Source of the DNA: Lama guanicoe
Taxonomy: Eukaryota
Direction of reading: 5' to 3'
DNA length: 64,000 nt
Assembly: GCA_013239625.1 (NCBI GenBank)
Contig: MU053934.1
Location: forward strand, 31,241-95,240
Made by a program: the position numbers and the translations under genes. Below are positions 54,041 to 64,000 of this stretch, one piece after another (position 1 is the first letter of the stretch; each line of letters opens with the position of its first letter). The notes below the pieces were generated by a model. That model searched no databases, was not told the origin of the DNA, and saw nothing but the letters and a program-made list of their open reading frames with translations.

Positions 54041-56381
54041 GGAGAAACTCCTTCTGCCCCGTCTTCCTCCTGGTTCGCACTAGGCAAGTCCCATACAGCA
54101 GTGTACGGGAACCCACGTGAAGTCAACATATAGCGTTCCTGTTTTGTGGGTGGCAAGAACTTCTCTGCCTTCCTGGTCAATATTTTCTCTGTCTGCCCTA
54201 TGGCTCTGCTGAATCCAAGTAATTTCCTCCCCTCAGAAAAGGGTCTGACATCCAAGGGAAAATATTTCTCCCTTTTCCCTCACCCTCCCCTCTTCTCTCT
54301 CCTTCCCTACCCAGTAGATTTGAACAGTGAGTCTTACACAGAATTAATGAGCGGCTACAGGACCCAGGTAAGTTTTGTTGTGGATTATTGAAACCAGTAA
54401 AGATTATAAGTGAATCATTAGATCTTTAATCCATGTTTCACTGTTGGACTTGCGTCTGTTAGCCCTTGCTGCATAACAAAGCACACAAACACTGAGCAAC
54501 TAAACATTTCTTTCTTTTCTACATCTGAAATTTGGGTATGATTCTGTGAAGACACCTCGCCTCTGTTCCATGTGGAACAATGGAATATTATTCAGGCAAG
54601 AAAAGAATAAATTACTGGCACATTCTGCTGTGCAGATGAACCTTGAAAATGTGGTGCTAAGGGATAGAAGCCAGACACAAAGGGCCACATATTGTATCAT
54701 TAAATTTATATGAAATGCCCATAAAAGGCAAATCTATATAGACAGAAATAAATCAGTGGTTACCAGGGCCTGACAGAAGGAGGAATTGGAGAGTGATTGC
54801 GAATGGGTCCAGAGTGTCTTTTGGCGGGGATGAAACTGTTCTGGAATTAAACAGCAGTGATGGCAGCAACACTTCGTGAATAAAAAACAACAACAACAAC
54901 AAAAAAAACATAAAACCTCCCACTTAATTATAAATTACCACTTTATAAAGGTGATTTTATTATATTGGAATTACCTCAATTTTTTTAAAAAGGTGATGGT
55001 TGCCATGAAATTAAAAAAAAAATAGAATGGGTTAGGGGTTATGTAGAGTGGGTCGGGCATATGCTGCATGCAATTTTAAATAGTCGTTCTTAGAAGAGAA
55101 ACGTTAAACAAGAATTTGGAAGACATATGGGAGACAGTTCTGTTATCGTCTGGGAGAAGTTTTCCAGGCAAAGTGCAGGAGGGAGTGGACCTTTGGTGTT
55201 TGAAGAGGCCAGTGTGGCCGGACAGAGGAAGGAAGCTGGGAGTGCTGGGGAAGTTAGAAAGACAAGAAGGGTCAGATCCTGTGGGGTCTTGAAGGCCATT
55301 ATCAGGACTTGGGTTTTTATTGTGAAGAAAATGGGGATCCACAGAAGGGCTTGGAGCAGCGGAGTGACCTGATCTAACGTGTAGTTTAGAGGATTAAGCT
55401 GTGACCATGCTGAGAAGCGTAGTACTTATTGTATCAGGAGCCAGGGTGCTTTGGTACGAAGCACTGGGATGCTGAGAGAGAAATACTCTCCCCACTCCAA
55501 TCTTTCCTGCAGAAACTGCCCCCTGACCAGTTTCTGCTCTGCCTCCCACAGTGGGCAGGGTCTGCCCGGTTCAGGGAGAGTGGCGCGAGCCTCCTGGGCC
55601 CCAGCACACCCCGAGGCGGCCCCCTCATCCTTCCATGCTAGAAATGGAATTCCTCTTTCTGGCACGGAAACCATATGCCAGCTTGGCTTTCTTAGGCAAA
55701 AAGGTCCCAGAATGGGAAACAGACATTACTTGACTCTCTGAATAAGAACTTGAAGCCATTAATTTCATGACCAGGTTGCCAGATGCTTACGTGTTTACCC
55801 CAAGCAAATGAAGGAAGACGTATCAATTCCTTGGACTTAATATTTATTCCTGCCTTTGGAAATGTGTCTGAGAACTAAGGGACCTAAAAGATGTTGTCTA
55901 GTACAGCGGGGATCCACAGAGCGGCTCAATAATCAGTATGACACCCTTCCCACCGCTTTCTCCTTGGCCTCATTCTCCTTTGGGTCTTCATCTTCAGAGA
56001 ATGTGATGGATGCCTGGGAGCACCAAGGAGTTCTGCAGCATTTACATCAGCACCTCAGATCTGGCTGTCCTGGGGACTGATAGCCAGGGTCCTGCCAGCT
56101 TCCCTGGAAAGTGGCTCCTTGAAGAAGAATAATGGGGCATTGTGGGAAGCAGAGATGTCCCCTAGAAGGCAGTGGGGAGGATGGGAGGAGAAATTTCCTG
56201 GACAGCCAGGCAATTAACAGGAATTAGCCAAAGTCCTGTTTTCTTTGTTTTTTTTTTTCTTTGCTGGTGATAGTTCTTTTTTGCAACATAAGATGGCTTC
56301 AAAAAATAAATTGCTGTTAAGAAAGGACCTCTGAAGAATTTAGCAGGCAAGATAGAACTTAGAAAAACAGACTCTAAATTC

Positions 56382-56395
56382 TGTGTGTGTGTGCG

Positions 56396-56445
<50 letters not shown>
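56382..56445. repeat. (TG)n-(GA)n microsatellite
   Basis: Directly visible. Confidence 0.95.
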
Positions 56446-56701
56446 CGCCCTGATGATTTGAGATCCTAATTTGTAATGACAGGTTCCCTCTTTCTCCTTC
56501 CCAAAGTCAGATTTTTTTTTAATTTGTCCCAATTCAAGAAGATCTCCTAGAGCAGGATGCCCAACTGTCTTATACCTCGGGTGAGTATTATCTCCCAAGA
56601 AAATGCTTGCTACAAACGGCTTGGAAATGAGCCTCTCCCCTTTGGTGGGTAAACAGCGCCGCCCAGTGTTCCACAGGGGAACTGCCGAGCAACGATCCTT
56701 T

Positions 56702-57058
56702 TTTAAAAATTGTACTTTCTTTATTTTTCAAATAAATGTCTTTATTTTTATTTTATTTTATTTTTTAGGCCTCTTTTATTTATTTATTTACTTTAACTTT
56801 TTTATTGAGTTATAGTCATTTTACAATATTGTGTCAAATTCCAGTGTAGAGCACAATTTTTCATAAATGAACATACATATATTCATTGTCACATTTTTTT
56901 CTCTGTAAACTACCACAAGATCTTGTATATATTTCCCTGTGCTATACAGTATAATCTTGTTTATCTTTTCTGCATATGCCTGTCAGTAACTACAAATTTT
57001 GAAATCTCAGTCTATCCCTTCCCACCCCCTGCCCCGTTGGCAACCACAAGTTTGCACA
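56702..57058 (-). mobile_element. 5'-truncated LINE-1 with a 40-bp flanking duplication
   Basis: T-rich tail, then ttattgagttatagtcattttacaat...ttccctgtgctatacagta; identical 40-mers at 56662-56701 and 57059-57098. Confidence 0.85.
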
Positions 57059-58096
57059 CCCAGTGTTCCACAGGGGAACTGCCGAGCAACGATCCTTTGA
57101 CGACTCCTTGCTCCATCGCTCAATCAATTCCCAGGTGTACCAAGAGTATCTATTTTTTGGCTATGGTTAGGAAGGCTTCCACAGCTGTCCCCACCTTTAA
57201 CTGATGGATGGAGAAGTTGTTTGTAGCGAGGGAAGAGTGGCATGAAAGGAAGCTGGAAAGGCAAGCAGAGGTGACGAAATGCACGCTAAGGTGAGACCCA
57301 CACGGGCCTGCTGGTTATTTCCCCCAGCATCTCAAGCATTTTGGGTTTCTGTGACTTTGTCTATGCGGCTTCCTTTTCCCAGAATGCTTTCCGTGCCCAC
57401 TCTGCCTTGCTGACGCCTACGCCTCTTGGGAGACTCAGCTGAAGCATCCACCGCCTGCTCCTTGCAGCCCTGCGTGATCACCACCTGCTCATCCCTGGTA
57501 AAGTCAGCTACTAGTATATTTCTGCCCCCATCATGCCCTCCTCCCTGTACCACTTGAATGTGTGTTTCAATGTTTATATATTTGTTTTGCATGTGGTCTC
57601 TAGGTCCTGGAGTGTGATGGATCATCTTATTAGTCTGTGTGTCCCCACGGTTTAGCAGGGAATTTTACAATTAATATTATGAGGTACATGAATTGAATGA
57701 AAGAATAAATGAATAGGGAAAATATACACATACTGTTGCGGGGGAATCAGATGAAAAGCCCTTGGGGAAGGAAAATTAATGTCATCAGGAGAGAGGGAAG
57801 AAATACTGGAACTCGGAGGCTGGAGAGAGCTGAAAGCTAACAAGAAGTGACAGTGAGTTCTAGGAAAGGAACTCATTTCACCGCCAGAGAAAGAGCTATT
57901 TGTGTAATACGAAAATTAATCTAATAATGATCATTATCCTTATTATCTCAGAAGCACAAGTGAGCCACATAATGGCTTTTGTGGGGATTAAAGGGCTGCA
58001 ATTCAGAAGATCTCTGAAACCATTAGAGAAGATTCTAACTCTGCGTTGCACCAAAATGTAACATTTCTTGCTTGGAAATGTTTCAGTTAATGAACT

Positions 58097-59170
58097 TGTA
58101 CAGAGCAGGACCCTATGGGACCTTCCAAGGACAGGCCCCTTCCCCGTATCCTCTGCTGTGGCCCCTCTCTGAAGTACCCAGATAATATTTCATGCATGTT
58201 TCCCTGAGTTTCTCAGATGCTAAAAGCCACCGCCAAACGGAAGAAATTAACTACTTGATGATCATGAGCATGTGGCCCCCTGACCTTGGGGCGCCTACAG
58301 ATCGATAAGGTTAACAGCTGTGTTACCTCAACATCAGCCATCAGAGAACCGAGCACAAGCTGCTCACATGCCCGGGACGCCCCTCCCTCACCTGGCCTGT
58401 GAAAATGCGAAGCTGAAGCCCTCAGGGGAATTGAGGAGGGGGGTTGGGCCACTCCTTCTCCTTGCTCCGCCCACCAATAAAACCTTTCTCTGCTCCAAAC
58501 TCCCACGTTTCAGTCTGCTTGGCCTCAGGGTGCTTCAGGCACGTGAACTCGTGGTTTGGTAGCAATTTGAGCAAAGCCAGTGTAGGAGTCTGTGCTCGTG
58601 GCAGGTGGACGCTGGCCAGGGGCGGCCCCTTCCCCGGGTCCCCAGCAGCTGCCGGAGCTCACTTCGCTCAGGGCAACTGGGAGGGACTCTCCCCGACAGA
58701 CAGACGCCAGTCGCCTTGCTTGGAGCTGTCTGGAGCCAAGAAACGTCCGTCCGTCCGTCCGTCCGTCCGTCCGGAGCTGCAGTCCATACTCAGTGTTGCC
58801 CTGGGGTGAGTCGCTCCGGCTTGCCCAGGCTGGGAATTCCCTCTGCTCCGTCTGGGCTCAGTCCCTGTGGAAAGCGAGCCGCTCTGGGCTCATGGCGAGC
58901 TGCTTGGGGCTTGCTCTCTTTTGAGGGCTGGGCCAATCTGTTCGGAGGCCTCTGTCTGGGAGTGGAAGTGGAATCTCTAGATTACATCTTTGTGCAACCG
59001 TAGCTTATTTGCTGTTTGTGTCTCGGTGTGTATCGTTTAGGGGGAGCCACCCTGGCTTGCGCAGGATGGGAAATTCTGCCCGGTTCACCTGGGCTCATTC
59101 CCCTCCGGGAAGCGAGCCAGTCTGGGTTCCCGGGAGCCGCTCTGAGTCTGTTCTGTTTGGGGAGATCTTC
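58097..59170 (+). mobile_element. ERV1-like 5' LTR (58097-58564) plus GC-rich leader, truncated by L1
   Basis: TGTACAG...AATAAA (58477)...GTAGCA, then a degenerate tRNA-Arg-like PBS (tgagcaaagccagtgtaggag), a (CCGT)n tract and a ~70-bp diverged direct repeat (58820-58891, 59056-59129). Confidence 0.55.
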
Positions 59171-59179
59171 TGCTCGTGG

Positions 59180-62100
59180 GCCCCATGTTCGTTTATTGCC
59201 AGTGTATAGAAACGTGACTGATTTTTGTGTCCTGTAACTTTGCTGAATTTGTTTATTAATTCTAAACGGTTTTTGGTGAAATCTTTAGAATTTTCTGCAT
59301 GTAAGATTATGACATCTGTGAACAGAGATAATCTGACTTCCTCCTTTCCTGTTTGGATGCCTTCTTTTTCTGGCCTGTTTGCTCCGGCCTGGTCCTAGAC
59401 TTTTAATACGGTGTTGAATGTAAGCGGTGAGAGGGGGAGTCCTTGTCTTATTTCAGGTTTTGGAAGGAAGGCCGTCTGTTTCTTACCACTAAGACGTTGG
59501 CTGTGGGCTTCGTATGTGGGGACGTTTTAATGTTGAGGAAGTCTGCTGCTGTGACTAATTTGTTGAGGGTTTTTTTTTATCATGAGTGTTTGATTGTGTC
59601 AAATGCCTTTTATGCATTAACAGAGATTATCTTGTGGGTTTTTCCCCCTTTATTCTGTTAATGTGCTATATTTATATTGATTTTTCTGTGCTGAACTCTC
59701 ATTCTAGGAATAAATCCCACTTGATCATGATGTGTAATCCTTTTAATGCACTATTGTATTTGGTTTGCTGAGCAATTTTGACTCCATAACTTGTGAAGGT
59801 TAATTTTTTTAAATATATTTTTATTGAAGTATAGTCAGTTTACAATGTTGTGTCAATTTCTGGTGTACAGCACAATGCTTCAGTCATATAGGAACATGCA
59901 TATATTCATTTTCATTTTCTTTTTCACTATAAGTTACTATAAAATACTGAATATAGTTCCCTGTGCTGTACAGTATAAACTTGTTGTTTATCTATTATAT
60001 ATATATTAGTTAGTATTTGCAAATCTCGAACTCCCGATTTATCCCTTCCCTCCCATGGTAACCATAAGTTTGTTTTCTATGTCTGTGAGTCTGTTTCTGT
60101 TTTGTAAATAAGTTTGTCTTTTTTTTTAGATTCCACATATGAGTGATATAATATGGTATTTTTCTTTCTCTTTCTGGCTTACTTTACTTAGAATGATAAT
60201 CTCCAGGTCCTTCCATGTTGCTCCAAATGGCATTATTTTATTCTTTTTTATGGCTGAGTAGTATTCCATTGTATAATATACCACAGCTTCTTTATCCAGT
60301 CACCTGTTGATGAACATTTAGGCTGTTTCCATGTTTTGGCTATTGTAAATGGTGCTGCTGTGAACCTTGGGGTGCATGTATCTTTTTGAATTAAGGTTCT
60401 CTCTAGCTATATGGTGATGGTTAATTTTATGTGTTGACTTGACTGGGCCACAGGGTGCCCGCATGCCCACAGGATGTTTGGTCAAACATTTTCTGGATGT
60501 ATCTGTAAGAATGTTTCTGGATAACATTAACATTTGAGTAGGGCGACTGAGTAAAGCAGACTGGCCTGCCCACCATGGATGGGGCTTATCCAACCAGTTA
60601 CGGTCTTAGGAGAACAAAAAATCCGACCATCCCATCAGTAAGAGGGAAATCCTCCTGTGTGCTGCCTTCAAGCTGGGACACCAATTTTTTTTTTCCTGCC
60701 TTTGGACTTGGACTATATCATTGGCTCTCCTGGATCTCCTGGCCTAGTGGCTGCAGCTCTTAGGACTTGTCAGCCTCCAGAATTGTAGAGCCGATTCCTT
60801 ATAAGAAACTTCTTTCTCCCCGAACACGTGTATCTTGTTGGTTTGATTTCCCTGGAGAACTCTAACACACTATTCATCAGGGATGAAGTCTGCAGTTTCC
60901 TTTGCTTGTATCGTCTTTGTCTGGCTTTAGTATCAGGCTGATGCTGGCTTCATAAAATTAATTTGGAAATGTTTCATCCTCTTCAATTTTTTGGTAGAGT
61001 CTGAGGAGGATGGATGTTAGCTCTTTAAACATTTGTTAGAATTCTCAGTGAAGCCACCTGTTCCTGGGTTTTTCTTTGCTGGGCGGGGAGTAGGGGGTAG
61101 TGACTGATTCAGTCTCCTTCCTAGTTATTGTTCGGTTCAGATTGTCCTTTTCTTCATTATTTAGTCTTGGTATATTGTGTGTTTTCAGAAATTTGTCCAT
61201 TTCAATCTAAGCGTGGCATACAAATGTTCATAGTATTCTCTTATAATCCTTTTCATTTCGGTGGCACGGGTTGTAATGCCCTCTTTTATTTCTGGTTTGA
61301 TTATTTGAGTCTTTTCTCTTTTTTTCTTAGTTAATCTGCCCAAGGATTTGTCAATTTTGTTAATCTTCTCAAAAGACCAATTCTTAGTTTGATTTTTTAA
61401 AATTGCTTTTCTATTCTCCATTACATTGATCTCTGCTCTAATCTTTTTAATCTTCCTTCTGCTAGGCTTGGATTTAGTCTGTTCTTCTTTTTCTGGTTCC
61501 TTGAGATATAAAGTTAGGATGCTGACTTGAGAGAGTTCTTTGGTTGGCCCCTAGCCTGGTGGGATGCCAGGCCCTGGATGCTGCCGGCTGCTGTTTAGCG
61601 GGGCCTGGTTGGGGAACCCTAGGGGGTCCCCTCGGGGCTAGTGCTGGCTGACGGGTGGGCAGAGTCAGGATCCTGAAGACTCTGGGGCTGTTGCTCACCC
61701 ACTGGCAGGTGAAGCCGGGTCCTGCGCTTAGTGCCAGGCTACTGGCAGTTAGAGCTGGTTCCTGGAGTCTGGCTGCGGGGCTCAGGGATCCCAGAGCTCT
61801 CTTCAGATCGATGGGGGGAGGGCGGCATGCGGCGGGGAGCAGATCCTCACACAGTTGGGTATGGGGTCCAGGGTGTCCTGAAGGTTGTGTTGGCCTGCTA
61901 GTGGGCAGGCCAGCTGGTCCCAGGGTAGGGTCTGGCCTGTGTTGCAGGATCATGGTTTTGCTCCTGGTGTCTGCCCTTTGCTGGGTGAGACTGGTCTAGA
62001 GGCTTGTGCAGGCTTCCTGGTGGGAGGGGCTGGTGCCTGCCCACGAATGGGTAGAGCTGGGTCTTGGCCCTCTGGGGGGCAGGACCGTGTCCAGGGCCAG

Positions 62101-62830
62101 GTCTAGGGCTGGCTGTGGGCTCTGGGCTTCAGGCAGCCTGTCTACTGCCGGGTGAGGCTGTGTCCCTTCCCAGTTAGTCGTTGGGCCTGAGGCGTCCCAG
62201 CACTGCTGTCTGTAGGCTATTGGGTGGGGCCGGGTCTTGGCACGAATGAGCTGAATGTTCCCTGATAGGATCATCGCTCTCCAAGACCAGCAGGTAGGCC
62301 TGGCCCAGGCTGCTATCAAATTACTGCTTTTGCTCTGGGTTCCGGTGCACGCAAGTTTGTCTCTTTCTCCCAGTCCTGCGGGGCTCCTGCACTTCAGCCC
62401 CTCTGGCCTTCAAAGCCAAATGCTCTGGGGGCTCGTCTTCCTGGTGCTGGACCCCCAGGCTGGGAAGCCAGAGGCGGGGCTCAGAACTCTCACTCCTGTG
62501 GGAGACCCTGTGCAATATCATTGTTCTCCTGTTTGTGGGTCTCCCACCTGGGGGTATGGGATTTGCTTATATCATGAGCCCGCCCCTCCTTCTCATATAG
62601 ATGTGGTTCCCTCTTTATGCCTTTATTTGCGGAAGGACTTTTCCGGTAGCTTGCGGTCTTTTTCATCAGTGGTTCTCCAGAGAGCTGGGATTTTGGTGTG
62701 CTGGTGGGAGGAGGTGAGCTCTGCGTCTTCCTGTTCCACCAGCAAGGCCACTCTCCCAGTTCTTTGAATGTAAAGCATTTATAGCTATAAACTTCCCTCT
62801 TAGGCCTGATTTTGCTGCGTCCCATCTCTG
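59180..62830 (-). mobile_element. Nested LINE-1 fragments: old ORF2, a younger 3' end at 59815-60410 and a GC-rich L1-like segment at 61540-62760
   Basis: Minus-strand ORF 61185-61421 (TKNWSFEKINKIDKSLGRLTKKKREKTQI...EMKRIIREYYEHLYA) is L1 ORF2. Confidence 0.8.
60413..60868. mobile_element. MLT2 (ERVL) LTR
   Basis: gtgatggttaattttatgtgttgacttgactgggccacagggtgcc...tttccctggagaactctaacaca. Confidence 0.8.
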
Positions 62831-64000
62831 TATAGGTTTAAATTATTTCACAATTAATAATTGCAAATGCCTCTGCATTTGTTACTGCATTTATTCCTCG
62901 CAGCACATCAGGGAGGTGGAAAAGTTGAGAATCCATAGAGACAAGAAAAAATGTAGCTCAATTTATTCAGTGCATTTCTAATGATCATGTGCCTTTAATG
63001 AGGCGAGTCCAGGATTCAAATCGAGGTCTGCTGACTTCACCCCAGTGCACTTCTCACTGTAGCTCTGTGCTCTCTTCCAGCCGAGCCTCGAGAAATCTGT
63101 AAGTATTCTAAAGCTCTTAAAAGATGTGACGTTCCTGAGGGATAATCTCAGTCCACAGACAGAACTCTGGACCATTATGGGAGCCTCCCACCTGTAGCTC
63201 CTTCTTTCCCGGTCACCTCGTGTTAGGTTAGTATTCTTGAACCAAAGAGTTCTTAAGGCCTCTCCTTTAACCAAAAGTTCTTGGTCAGCTGTTTAAATAT
63301 TTCTTTATTTTCCTGAAATTCAAGTCACCATCATTCATCTATACGCCAATGACGATAAATGCCCACTGCATATCCTCTGTCTTTTTTTCTCGGTCCTGCC
63401 TCCATGCCTACTATTCTTTGCCTGGAATGCCCCTCCCTCCTACCCCAGCGTGCACAAACTCTATCCATCTTCCAAGACCCAGTTCGTAGATCAATTCTTT
63501 TAAGTCTTCGCTGATCCCAGTGTTTGCAAGTAACCTCTCCCCTCTTCCAAGTACCCAAGCTAGTACACCCTAGCTTCTCCTTTCTCAGGATACTGACATC
63601 TCTCTGCCTTATTGTCTGTATCTGTCATGAGCTCCTTGGATGCAAGGTTCAAAATAAATACTAGCTATAATGCAATGGGTGCTTACTGTGTGCTAGGCAC
63701 TGGGCATGCAATAATACTTCATTTGCTCGTATGATCCTTTTACCAACCCAGAGATGTAGGAACTATTAGTTCTATTTTATAGACAAGGACAGTGAGATTG
63801 TGAAAGGTTAAGGAGCTTGGCCGGGGTTATACGGTGTAGCAGAGATGACAGCTGCTGTCTGCAAACTTCATGTTTCCACTGCCATAAGGCAGTGATGGCT
63901 GGGAGGCAGGTACTCAGCCCGTGATTATTTACCAGCCTGCCTCGCATCCAGGTGGGACACGTGACTAGTTCTCACCAATAAAGTCCAAGTGGAAGGGATG

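Noticed and set aside
58565..59170. CpG-rich stretch as a CpG-island gene promoter such as YEATS4
   Set aside because: It directly follows an LTR and PBS-like motif and has no recognisable exon; better explained as ERV leader.
61474..62825. Cluster of 100-170-aa GC-rich ORFs
   Set aside because: They lie within nested L1-derived sequence, overlap on both strands and show no recognisable domain.

Overview
Mammalian genomic DNA, most likely camelid: the tRNA-derived SINEs look like the camelid Vic-1 type and the lysozyme N-terminus [20 protein letters not shown] matches my recollection of camel lysozyme. Left of two assembly gaps (19385-19579, 19707-19986) is an intact 4-exon c-type lysozyme gene (10597-15469, 148 aa, strongly cationic). 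Right of the gaps is a compact cluster of collagen/C1q-domain genes homologous to the chipmunk hibernation-associated plasma proteins: two spliced-intact HP-25-like genes (+), one HP-20-like gene (-) and an orphan HP-27-like exon with a relic promoter. The three intact HP genes can each encode 12 Gly-X-Y triplets followed by an identically spaced Cys, which suggests a co-assembling heterotrimer in a non-hibernator. Most of the rest is L1, ERV/MaLR LTR, SINE and DNA-transposon sequence. Structural oddities include a lysozyme 3'UTR copy captured inside a SINE, inverted LTR twins around an HP promoter, promoter palindromes and a 40-bp target-site duplication. Gene models were spliced by hand; repeat family names and cross-species comparisons are from memory and were not searched.
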